DNA from: Lingula anatina | Taxonomy: Eukaryota; Animalia; Brachiopoda | Reading direction: 5' to 3' | Assembly (NCBI GenBank): GCA_051362555.1 | Contig: CM120641.1 | Coordinates: 17,794,001-17,858,000 of the forward strand | Length of the DNA: 64,000 bases | In this document: positions 11,314 through 23,282 of the stretch, in pieces | Numbering within the stretch: the first letter of the stretch is position 1 | Layout of the letters: each line of letters opens with the position of its first letter | Translations under genes and position numbers: made by a program | The notes under the pieces: model-generated | Seen by the model: the letters and a program-made list of their open reading frames with translations, nothing else | Told to the model about the DNA's origin: nothing | The model's database searches: none

Positions 11314-13419
11314 AGGTCATCAAGTTCAAGGTCTTCCAGGAAGAGATGCTAAAAGCATGCCTTATATATATTGCCAGTTAAAATGTTTCCATTCAGGGAA
11401 ATTAAAAAATGCATTTAGATATTTCATGTAAATGAGATTGCTAGTCTGCTTCAAGTACTTGATGAATCAGAGAATGGTAGAAATATTGGAAAAACAAGGA
11501 ATCATGACTTCAATTTAATTAAATGATTGTTTTTCCTTCCCAATTAATAACTATTTGACCATGTTTTTTTTATCAACCACATTGTCAATTCGCACATTGA
11601 AGGATGCATTTTGTTGGTGGGATAAAAGGTGTTGAGGTGAATGCTGATTATTCTCTGAGGATTTCACACAATATGGAAGCAATAGTATAAATTTCAGGGT
11701 GAAGGGTGGGTTTTATGATGTAATCTTAATTGCTGGAATATTTTTGAACAAGTGACACAAATATGAGTACAGACTGATTTACTACTGTAATGAATGCTGC
11801 TCAGCAATTATTTATTTTATTTATTTGAAATTAAACTATCTAGAATTCACCATAACATATTACTGGTGGAAAAAAAACTGAAAGTTATATGTAAGGGTTA
11901 TGTATGTCAGTGTATCACTTCATCAGGAATTTACGGTACAAATGGCATTGACTGAAAAAAATAGATCTGGTTTGTTCACTTGGTTCATAACAATAAATAA
12001 AAACCTTATTTACTGAATAATTGAAATTGATCTCAAGTTAATGAAGTCCCCTTTAAATGTGAAAGCACTTTATTTGTACTATGGGGGATCATGGGTATCG
12101 TGTAGCACCCAACCAAAAAACTCTATGTTCATGAACAAGGAATCGATTTCAGCGCATTACTTGCTGAGGATAATCCATTGAATATTAACTCTGATCATAT
12201 TTACCTTGGGGCTCACTTGTATTGATTTTAACTATTTCGGGTTTGCATAGGATTAACACTATTAGATGTAAACAATGGGGTCACCACTGGACCAGGGATG
12301 GGCTGGACCTCACTCGGGTAAAGCCAGGTTGTCATGGCAGTTCTAAGCATCTGTATAAAAAATAAATATGGATATCTAGCTTCAAGTTTGAAAAGAAAAA
12401 TAGTGTCCCTGACTCCCCGTTTATGATGTTATTGCTTACACCACAAGATTAATTGTATTTTTGAATGGGCATTTTAAATGATCTTACGTATTTTTTTCTC
12501 GCATTTCCTCTCATTGTTAAAATTGATGGAACAACAAGATGATGCAAAATACAATCATAACATGGTTTCTTTTGAAAAATGTGCTTGATTGGTAAATATG
12601 AAGTTTAGTAAATCCTTGGCAAACTTGGTTATTTTTGAAGGAGAGCACTGGATAGTAGGATTTGCCACAACTGCATACGTGTACACGTTTTTATGTAATG
12701 TATATGAGCCGCACCATACCCAGGAGATGAAATACAATTCTTAAAAAAGTATTTGTATAACTTATTTTTTGTTTGCACTCGCACACAAAAATTATTTAAA
12801 CAACGTTTTTATGACCGTCTACAATCATTCACGAGAAATCGTAAAGGCAACTCTGTTTATTGAAAGTAGTCAACTTGCGTGTACAAATTTCTAAAAGATG
12901 GGATACAATTCCCACCTCGTATTAAGTGAAATGAATAGAAACGAAAATCAACAACGTTTATGTGTGGAATTAATTAAATGAAATATTGATAGATGTTAGC
13001 CGTTATTATGAAATATGATCCAAGTTGATTGCTCAAGGAGAGAATACCAATCAAAAAAATTGTATGAACTGGTAGTCAGGCTGGCAGAAGTGAAAAATTC
13101 ATATCCTTTTTAATTCAAAGCTCAACTTACATTTAGGACCAAGGGGGTAAATTGGTGGTCGCACTGTCGATATTTTCACTAAATACCCAATGTATGTCAA
13201 CTTAAAAGTAATACATTCAACACATTGTATCCAATTTACTGTTTTCCAAATTGTTTTCCCCACCGAAATTCATCACCATGTCACCATTAGCAAGCCTCAG
13301 AGTAAGATCTTGCATGTCGATGTATTTTACTTTAGAGCTTTAATATACGTATTTTAGACATGTGAAGGTTATCAATAAAAATAGCGGTATTTTGATACAA
13401 AAAATCGTCCCAAATGCTT

Positions 13420-14709
13420 TTAAGCGTTTTGCACAGTTTGCAAAGTTTGTGAAGTGTAGCGTCTGTCGGGTACTTTCATAGGGGGAGGTCGCAGGCTGGG
13501 CTGACTCAACATGCGTGCAGTTTTCCCTAACGCTGCAAATGTCACGTTTTTCTTATTTTTGGTGGCCGCATCATCCGGTTTGTCCTCTGCTTGTGAACTA
13601 GCATTTTTTGTCACTGTGTTAGCAGCATTAAGTTTTCTTAGTTGTCTCTTTGTTAGTTTTGGCTGTATCTCTGATTTCTCAAGAACGGGTTGGAGTGGTT
13701 GCGCTGGTTTGCGGTAGGATCCAGAAGCCTGATCTGACAGGGTGGACATGTAGTCCGATAAATCGCGTGCAACTCCCACCCTTTGAAAACTGGACGACGT
13801 TGAACTATCACACTCAGTCGTATCAGAGTCTGGTAATGAGTTAAGGGATTTAGACATACCTTTTATAGAGGAAGACTGGTAATTGCGCCTTAATCGAGAT
13901 GCCACCGAAATCCCATCTATTGTGTCTAAACTGTCGTTTTTTAATAGCCTGACTTTGTTGTTTGGGCTGGTAATTTGGATTTCTGGAAGTGAGATGCTCA
14001 GTTTCCGATGTTTTACATCAAAAAGAGAGTTGTTTTTACCCTGAATTTTAATCCAGTCGTCAGCTTTTTTTCTATCCTGCACTGCTCGCTTTTTCCGTTC
14101 TTGCAATCCTATGGCAGCCCATTGTTCTGCCGTCATGTTATTTTTTGTATCACATTTATAAGGAGACGCGCCCTGTTGAAACAGAAAGGTGGCAATTTCC
14201 CTGAAACCCAACTTCTTGGCGTGAAGATATGGCGTAAGACCGTTGTTGTCGGCTATGTCCAGACTGAGTCCGTATTTGTTAAAGGTCGTGGCCACTAATT
14301 TGACGCAGTCTTCGTGGCCATACATAGTACTGTAATGGAGCGCTGTCAGCCCATCTCTGTCACCGTGGTGCAGGTTGATCTCCCCTCTTGTATCTTGCAG
14401 TATGGCCTCTGCCGCTTTACAGCGTCCCAGAATACACGCCCAAGCCAGGGCGTCCCTGCCGGAGTAGTCACACTCCAAGGGATTGGCACCATGGTTCATC
14501 AAAAACTTAAACATCCGCTCACGTTTCTCGGCATTTTCAATAAGGAGGGACGCAATGAGAGGAGTTTTCCCATTTTCTCCGGCGTTTTTGATGTTAACAT
14601 TTAAACCTTTCTCCACCAAGAGCCGTACTTGTTTAAAGCGTTCTCGAGATATCGCGTGAAATATGCCGCCCTGAAGCATACTAAGCAACGTTTCTCCCTC
14701 TTCCTTCAT
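13420..14709 (-). CDS. Intronless ankyrin-repeat protein (ANKRD63/ANKRD34-like) with a disordered Ser/Lys-rich tail
   Basis: 429-aa ORF; ankyrin motifs GKTPLIAS, GRDALAWAC, GLTALHYST, GLTPYLHAK; the FNKYGLSLDIADNNGLT segment resembles ANKRD63. Confidence 0.88.
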   Translation of the reverse strand: MKEEGETLLSMLQGGIFHAISRERFKQVRLLVEKGLNVNIKNAGENGKTPLIASLLIENAEKRERMFKFLMNHGANPLECDYSGRDALAWACILGRCKAAEAILQDTRGEINLHHGDRDGLTALHYSTMYGHEDCVKLVATTFNKYGLSLDIADNNGLTPYLHAKKLGFREIATFLFQQGASPYKCDTKNNMTAEQWAAIGLQERKKRAVQDRKKADDWIKIQGKNNSLFDVKHRKLSISLPEIQITSPNNKVRLLKNDSLDTIDGISVASRLRRNYQSSSIKGMSKSLNSLPDSDTTECDSSTSSSFQRVGVARDLSDYMSTLSDQASGSYRKPAQPLQPVLEKSEIQPKLTKRQLRKLNAANTVTKNASSQAEDKPDDAATKNKKNVTFAALGKTARMLSQPSLRPPPMKVPDRRYTSQTLQTVQNA

Positions 14710-17700
14710 GCAGTTGGTTTTAATGGCATGGAGGGATTACTGTTAGCCTTTTTATCCAGGCATCTCCGACAAGAATGAAAACAGTGAATTTTTTTTTAGG
14801 TGTGTTACAAATACCGCTTGTTGTCGTCCGTGTTCTGGTGAACTATTATCCGACAGGATCACGTCGTCATTAATCTAATCGAAGGAGGGGCTGCACCTTA
14901 CTAAAACGTTCAATATGTGCAATCGAACTAAATTGTTATTAAATGACAAAGTCTGTGTTAATGCGTGTAGAACGTGCCCTGGTTTCTAACGCTGTGGCCT
15001 ACACACCCTTTGTCCGTCAGTGAGTCTTCTTGATATAATATTTGCCGCTTAGTCGGATGTGCCTTGAATATTAACATCAACAAGTGTGTGACTCCGTCAA
15101 GCTGATTACACAAATTATCTTTCAAATTCTCTTCAATCTGGGCGTGTAAAAAAATTCGATTGCTTCCATTTTGTTCCTACTCGTCCTGGATACCATCCAC
15201 TGACTCTATTAGTTCAATCGATTTCCGTTTGGTTGTTCTGCCGCCTTGATCCCTTTATTGCTGTTTTCTCTGACTTTTTTTACACTGACAGTGTCCGTGG
15301 GGACTGTACCTGTATCACCCAGCTATCTCACTATTTGCTTAGTTTCGTAATACAGAACGTTCAATACGTATTTCAAAGGCGGCTTCCTTAGTTACCGTGG
15401 ACCCCGGTCTGGTTCTATCTGTCTCGTGCTGACAGCACGGTATACGGGTTAAATTGCGCGAGATGCCTGTATTGAATGAAAAAAGACATCGGTCCATATG
15501 CTGTGTCAATATTAGCACTGAATTAATGCATTTAGTGTTAGACAACATTTGGCATGGCAAGTCAACAAAATGGCAGGTTCAATATGACGATGTTTGACAA
15601 AGTATGTTGACGTACGAGGGTGAACCCAATACACACGTGAGGCCCTTAAGGTCTAGAGGTGACCGCTGTATTTATAGTTTTACAGTCCATTTCCTCACAG
15701 GTAAATAAACAAAAGTATTTATCATCTCCAATAAGTAGTCCGTGAAAGGGAAGTCCTTTGCATTAAAATTATAAATATTGTTTAGGCGTTTATCATCAAG
15801 GTTTAATGTCCGTGAATAAGTCTAGAAACCCTGTTTATCGCCTTTCGAAATCTTTCGAATTATTCCCCTATTGAAATAGAACGAATGCTTAATATTTATT
15901 TGCACAGAGCAACTGAGCCAAAACTGCACTACATTTCATTAGAACATGTAAATGCCCCCGGTAATTTTCTATTGTGATAATTGTTGAACCTGCTAGTCAT
16001 TTGAAAAACATCATTATCGCTTTTTTATGTATAGAATTTTGTTTTCTTTTCTTGTTATTTTTTACCACTCACAAAAGAAACTAACGACACAAACTCTGCG
16101 AGCGCGGTTTACCACCAACAGCCAGTGTACTTGCTGTGCAGTTGCATTCAAACCCATTTTTTACTGAGACAGGTTGAGTCATATAAAACGAAAACAAATG
16201 TCTTACGAGCTCTTTTAACGGCAACATTTTCTGGAGAAGAATAGAACACGTGATACGATCTAAGTGCATTGCGCTAATTTCACCTCGTACCTGAAGAGCC
16301 AGAAGAGCGGATTGTGATAATGTTAACGCTTGCGTAGAATGCATAATAAACCTCTCTGTGTCGCAATGAAGCCTACTTGAAAATGCCAGAGCGGCTTAAC
16401 AGCTTCCAGATATTCATGCCTAACACGTACCGTTGGCAAAACAAAAATGGAGGAAAATAAACATGACTAGATGTTTAAAAAGTTTCATCAGTTTTGTGGA
16501 TGATAGTAGTAGAAATACTCTTTAGTCACAAACTAATTACAAAATTGAATCACTCACGTAAAATTTTTTCAATGGACTGTTGGCCAGTTTCATCAGTCTC
16601 CCCAGTCCACCCCATTAAGTGAGAGATCATCGGACAGGTGCGGGAGAGACTCTACATAATTCTACAACGCTTTCATGACTAATTGATAAAAATCAGTTAT
16701 TTTCTGATAAAGTAGTATAACTGCTTCTTCACGTGAAATTATTTATATACATAGGGTTAATATGTTCAAGCACTAAAATTGTTCTAAACACTTAAATAGT
16801 TATTTAGTGCCTATCTGATAATTACTAAAATCTGCTTTTTTGTAGCTCAAAACATGCTGATGAATTGCTTGCTTTAAAACAGATGAAGCATATCCAGTGA
16901 CAATGTGGAGATGATGAAAAGTCGGTGCGAACATTGCGTTTGTATTTCTCTGTAGCATTTATTTTACCGTGCACATGAGTCACACCTACTGCAATCAATA
17001 GGCTACAGCACTGTTGTTTGCATTACTGACGTAATTTATATTTGAATACCTTATACTGAAAACAGAAAACAGAATATTTGTAAAAAAATTTATTAAAATG
17101 ATTGAAATTATACTGGCTAAAGGGTGAGAGGTATGAATAAAGTACGCTATGACAAGGCAAACGATACCTACATGGATATAAAATATTGGATGCACAGGTG
17201 GGATAAAAAAACATTTGCCACTTGTAATATGTTTTTAAAAAGTGAGCACAATACTTATTCCAGTTACATTTGAAAAAATACATATGTATCACAATACTGT
17301 ACAAAACTGAATATAAAACAATGGAGGATAAATTATACCTACTTGTCCAATTATTTGCAAAATAAATTTGACAAATAGGTTTTATGTATCCATATTATGC
17401 TGTACCACAATTATATACTCAAAAAAAGTACTGTCTACAAACACGTGATCAACACTTTTCACAATTGAACTCGTGAGCAATCGAAACGAACACATGATAT
17501 TTATACTACATACAAGAAAGAAAAGAGAGAATCCAAAAGCTCGTATATTAAATTGGGACAGTAAATAACGTAGGAGGCAGTGACCACAATGGCTGGAAGG
17601 AATGACCGGAATCACAGTTATCTCTCTCTTATTTAATGGACCCAGTTTACATCAGTTACAACAAGCTGACAACAGGTAATGTAAATGCCGCTCGTGTGAG

Positions 17701-18095
17701 CACGTGCACTTGTGCAGGAAGGTCTACTGTCAAGACAAGTTGTGTTGAGCGAGTCAGCAGACTAGAGAATCATGAAGTCTACTTTTTGTCGGTGGGGACA
17801 ACAACGAGTACACAAACACATACTTTGTAATAAACTTCAACGTCTGTACGAAAACGGGTACATCAGACTGACTCTGACACAAAAGCTTGACGTTTCTATA
17901 TGTGCCATTTACCATACAATGAAATGTCCTCTGAGGATCTTTGGGAGTTATTTTCACGTCTTCACAAATAAATACTTTCGCAGCGTTTTCTTTCTGCTGT
18001 TCATGAATGTTGTCGTATTTTGTCATTGTAACAGAACCAATTTCAAGTCAGATTTTGTAAGTCAATGCTCAGTAATTCTGTTTTTGTATCACTAT

Positions 18096-19055
18096 TTAGA
18101 AAACTATGCCGCGTTCACGCATGTATTCCTGAATCTTATTCGCCAGTTTTGGTTTGGCTTCTTTGGGCTGCCTGGGTGGGACGTGTAAAGCGGGCATCTT
18201 GCTCACCACAGCGGACACTTCCACCGGGGAGGCCATATTGTACGGCTCAGACAGCACATCTTTCACCAGCGCCGTGTACCTCGGGTCTCTCACAGGAGAA
18301 CGAGAACGAACTTTTGACAGATACGCCCGCTTATCATGTAAATCAGACACTGACTTTATCAACAACTTTGGTTTGTGACCTTCCTCCTCCTCTGATATTG
18401 TTTCTTGAACAGTTGTCTGTCCTATAGCTTGCTTGGAGTGAACACAAGGCAGTGAGTCAGATGAAGCTTTCTTTAAGAGCCGCGGTTCTGTTTGGAAGAC
18501 AGGGGTCCTGAGTCTAGGCATGGATAACTGGGACGCCGCTCTTTTATTTCGTTCCTCCTCCTGCTGTCTCTCTAACTCTACGATCTCCTTGGGGCGGTCC
18601 CGGGCTTTGGTGGGATCAAACCGGTCTAGCATGGCATGGCGCGCGTGATTCACGCCTTCATCGCTGGTGCCCAGCTGCACGGGCCAGCTTTTGCGCCGTG
18701 ACGAGGAGTCAACCTCAATATTTTTCAGTAAATCTTGAAGTATTCGACTCTTCTTTTTTTGTTTGTCGAGAAATTGCTTCATGTCATAAACGCTCTGCGT
18801 CATGTATTTATATCGTTCCTTGGATAAATCCATTATTTTTGATTTAAGCATCCTTTCTTCCGTGACATTGTCTGAAAGCTGTCCGCTGTGGCGTGAGAAT
18901 CCAGGCGCCGTCCCATCGGACGCCCAGTCCTGGATCTCACGCACGGCGTTCCCTTTACGCAGGAACTTAGAGGTAAGGGGTTTCCCGGGCATGTCTGGTT
19001 GTGGAGAACGACCCTCGGCAGGGGCGCTTTGGGGCTTGTCCGGATTAGAAAGCAT
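18096..19055 (-). CDS. Uncharacterised single-coding-exon protein (about 319 aa) with coiled-coil segments and a C-terminal DPRYxxL motif
   Basis: Long GC-elevated ORF; first usable ATG at 19055 (AAGATGC) downstream of a splice acceptor at 19110 (tttcag on the minus strand). Confidence 0.75.
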   Translation of the reverse strand: MLSNPDKPQSAPAEGRSPQPDMPGKPLTSKFLRKGNAVREIQDWASDGTAPGFSRHSGQLSDNVTEERMLKSKIMDLSKERYKYMTQSVYDMKQFLDKQKKKSRILQDLLKNIEVDSSSRRKSWPVQLGTSDEGVNHARHAMLDRFDPTKARDRPKEIVELERQQEEERNKRAASQLSMPRLRTPVFQTEPRLLKKASSDSLPCVHSKQAIGQTTVQETISEEEEGHKPKLLIKSVSDLHDKRAYLSKVRSRSPVRDPRYTALVKDVLSEPYNMASPVEVSAVVSKMPALHVPPRQPKEAKPKLANKIQEYMRERGIVF

Positions 19056-21745
19056 CTTCTCGGTCACTTCTCAACGGGAGAGTGTTGGAAAATCGAGTAG
19101 CCATACCATCTGAAAACATACAAAAAATGAAATCCAACTTAGAACTAACACATAGGACTACAGTAGAGTGAATGAAACATAGCCTATATCTACTTATGTC
19201 TAAGGAATCGATTGAAACTGCAAGATATAATTTTCAATTCATTGCGATTAAGTACGGCAAGGAAATGGAAATACTCCGGAGGCATGTTTACAAAGAACTT
19301 TTTTAACATAGCAGTACGCGAGTACTTCATCGGAGCAGTCCATGATGGCATGCACACTGACAGTTAGGATTGCCAATCAGACATGTTGTGCGTGTTATTC
19401 AACACGTTCTTTCACGTAAACTTAACGATGAAAAAATCTGCCCAGGATAACCTTTATTTTTAATATCAGAATATCAGAGCCGATGTAATAACTTGGCAGT
19501 TACTTCTTTTATAAATCTTATTTTATCAATGTCATCTTTAATCTGCTTATCAGGTATTCTTACATAAACTGAACAATATGGCGTTTTATATTCAAATGGC
19601 CTTTTACGTGGATGTAAGGCAGGCGTGTAAAGGGGTATTAAAATGTTATTGTCGATATGCGTTTTACGCTTGTATTTCATCACTACTGATTGCCATGCCT
19701 ACCGACCACCCCTTGAACGCCATAAAACCCTCGAGGGCATATGAGGTTAAAAGTGTTGACAAAATGAAATTTAAAGGAAAGTGCTTACGCTTAAATTGAA
19801 CTGGTACTTACTTTTGGTGCAACACACGCACACACAAACGCATTCGCGCCCTAATGATGATCAAAGCTGAATTAATTAAGAAATAAGAAAGAATAGGCTG
19901 AATTTGCTATTGATGATTACCGTAGTATACCGTACCATAGTATACACGATAGTTCCGCATGCCTTATGATATCGACTAGTTGCATTCCCATGAGAGAGAA
20001 CTCCGTGCGTTGTTGCTACAGACATCGCAGGACAAAGGCACTATCCATGACAACTCGACATTGGCACTTCCCTTGGGAAGTGACAGCCTAGAGTGGGGAA
20101 TGTCTTTGCTGTTGATATGATCACAGTTATATCCGTAAAATGTGAAGTTATGGAAAAAAATTTAATATCCTGCTCGTGTTTTTGTTTCCAACTTTAGAAC
20201 GTTTACCATCACCACGGGCATCAGTCAACGTATCTAAGTATGTACAACTCACTTAATATAATAACGATATTGCATGTCTTCCCATGCTTTTCCACTCTTG
20301 TCGTCTCTTTTTCAATCCCCTGCGTCGAGCAGCATCCGATACTGTTCCTATTCTTTGTTAAAGTTCATCCCGCGGAGGATCTCGTGTTTCTTTTTTTTTT
20401 AATCTACAGACTGCCATAACGTTACCGCATACCTACCCATGCTCGATTAGGCAGTTTTTCAGCAGGAACTAATCACGGAGTACAAAGACAAGCTTTTGTA
20501 CATTGCCCTTCAATGTCCTGACGCTTAATTAAAAAAAGCTCGTGACTTTTCAAAAAATAAAAATTGCAAGGCGGTGTCCTTGCCTTCTCCTGCGTTTAAA
20601 ACACCAGGCAGAGAAAAGCACAGGCCAGTGAAAGTGATGTTTGGCGCGGTGTCCTTAATAGACTTGTGGGATTTCATAAAGCAGTAAACAACTCGAACAG
20701 ATGACTTATTCCTGGGAAAAATAACCCACAAACCGAGCAACTTACCCGCAAGTCATTCCGACAGGACGTGACAAGTTGGTGGCTACATCGTCCAGTGTAC
20801 AGAAGCTCTGCGATTTAGTTCTTTTACGTTGTGTAGAATAGGGTGGCCGTAGGTCCGATAAGTTTCTTATGTCAGCTCTTGTTGTATCTGACCCAACAAC
20901 CTGACAACATAAACGAGTCCATGCTAACGTCTCTAAACAACGGACCGCGATGTTTTCTTTAAATTTCAATCAAGTATACGGCCTTTGAGGGCGCATCTCA
21001 CCCCTTTTTGTATATTCATCCAACCCCTAACCCCGCACAAACGATATAAACATGACGCACAATAAAAGTAACGCGATCACAGTTACATCTTTTGAATAGG
21101 CTTTGTGTTATATCGCATTTCCCATTGGGTCAAAAATGAATCAATCCAGCATAAAGACAAGTGCGGTCACAACAGTCGCGTTCAAGGATGAAATATGTTC
21201 CTTCCCGCATGTAATGGCTCATATGTTGAGTAAACATGATTCAGAAAGAAATTGAATTATTTTTGTGACTAAAATTTCACAAAAGATTTAACTCCAAATA
21301 TTCAATAATCCTCTCTTTTATCGACTACTTTCAAACTTGGCATGATTTTCGTTTCAGGTGAATGCAGGCCAACTCCGTATTAATATAGATTGCCATAAAT
21401 ATCATATAATGATAGGAAATTTAGCCATATTTAAAGTGTAAACAAAGCTTACCAAATACCGTAGTAATTAGATAGGAATAAATTAATCAATAAATTGACA
21501 AAATGTTCAATATGGTCCCCTTTTAGTCAATTTCTTCGAGGTCCATGGAACTTATTTCTATTTGTTTTGAAGTCATAAATTGCTTTAGTTTTCCCTATAA
21601 ATGTTAGTGATAAATTGTTGGCGTATTTACGATAACTATTTTGGATAATTTTTTCTTTAAACATGTAGACATAGAAATAGAGCGTATAGAGCCTCTACAT
21701 GTACGGGTGATCTTGTTTTTTAAATTGGCTTTTCTTTTTTCCTTT

Positions 21746-21776
<31 letters not shown>

Positions 21777-22604
21777 GTTTTTTATTATTATCAATTTCAG
21801 ATTTTTTTTTGTACTTTCCAGTAATATCGATATCATGCTAATTTATCATCTTTGAGTATGAGATCTAGAAACAATTCGATTTTATCTATAGATAGATTAT
21901 TAAATTGAGAATGAAAAATGCCAAAAGGAAGGCAGTATACAAGCACATTCGGGTACAGCAAGCTTGAATAAATGTTGAACAGAATGAAAGTAAAGAAGTA
22001 AAGAATTTTGATTAGGCCCCTATTTAACTGTAAGATAGGGCTATTAAAAACGTGGTTTCCTGAGAGATCTCTTTTGTCGACATCTCCTGAATCATAAAAA
22101 CGGAGCCTTCTAGTTCCAAGGAAAAATAATTCAGGGAACGTTAATTAATATAGACATCGACTTTAGATGGACCACGTTAGCCTTCTCCACACAATAGCCT
22201 CGTTTTCGAAATGCAATCGGGGAACCCCCGTGCGAAGACGAGGTAAAATTATTATATCGTTTATTCCCACAACTAACCAATTGGCAATGTACAAGTACAC
22301 TATTTGCGAGTTTTATTTTACGAGACCTTATATATGAGCTAAGTAATGGTGCGAGAGTAACACCCATATGGTAACCTGCAGTGTCGCTAACAGACCGTCA
22401 CTAGGGTAAAGTGGTCGGCATGTATACACTATATACACACTATATATACACCATATATACGTTTCGTAATGATTACTTCTGTAATTAATTCAAAATATTG
22501 TCTCTTAAGTCGTGAAAAACCCTTCACAAAAACGTGAAGCAGTGTAGAAATCTTCATTCTTAGTGTTTGGTCCACATCTTAAGTTAACCGCAAATTCTTT
22601 AACT

Positions 22605-22641
<37 letters not shown>

Positions 22642-22707
22642 CCGGCTTGTGTAGCACAAGATTGTACAGAGATCTGAAGGTCGCTGGTTCAATCCCGGCT
22701 CGCGGCA
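22605..22707 (+). tRNA. tRNA-Phe(GAA) with a 30-nt intron at the canonical 37/38 position (22642-22671)
   Basis: Acceptor stem GCCGCGA/TCGCGGC, D-arm GCTCAGTTGGGAGAGC, anticodon stem TCAGA/TCTGA around CTGAAG^A, T-arm GCTGG-TTCAATC-CCGGC, and a TTTTT Pol III terminator just downstream. Confidence 0.93.
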
Positions 22708-23282
22708 TTGTATTTTTCTATTTTTATCCGATGAAAGTTCACTTTACTTTCTTTCTTCAAGCATGTTGATGTTCTTTTTAAATAGTTTACTGCATAAAAT
22801 GATATTCAATATCTGCCTATATGAAAAGCATATTGGTAAGATAGGAAAAATTGCCCTTAGTAGATTTCACCTCATTTTCATTGAATTGGAGTGGAATTTC
22901 TATGAAAACTGTTCTTGCCTATTATTACCACCATCCCTGGAAAAGTTAAGTTGGAATCTGTTGCATTCTAAAAATTAATCAAGTTAAGCTTTTGAATGTA
23001 ATTTCTAAATGGTATGAATCGAAGCTAGTGATCAAATTTTAATTTGTAGTGTTTCGTGAAAAGCCATATAATCTTTCAGGCCTTTCTTATGGAAGGGTTT
23101 TCAAGATGGGACGAGGACAGAATTGCCGAAGCCATGTCTGGGGACAAAGGTGGTTTTCTTTCATATAATGGTATTTAGGACTTCTCCATGATTTTCCATT
23201 ATATATTTATCCTCTATCACATATAAAATTAATTTACTTTTACAAAATAATAAAAAATGGGCAGAAACACAAGTAGGACATT

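Noticed and set aside
11311-11352. Possible stop readthrough or peroxisomal signal at the IVD C-terminus
   Set aside because: The terminus GVKSR is not a PTS1, the stop context is not TGA-CTA, and the extension ends RKRC.
15613-16289. Possible mariner-like ends TACGAGGGTGAA ... TTCACCTCGTA
   Set aside because: Only about 12 bp of inverted match with an indel; no second copy or transposase remnant.
19071-19073. In-frame TGA as a possible selenocysteine codon
   Set aside because: No redox-motif context and no SECIS-like element recognised downstream.
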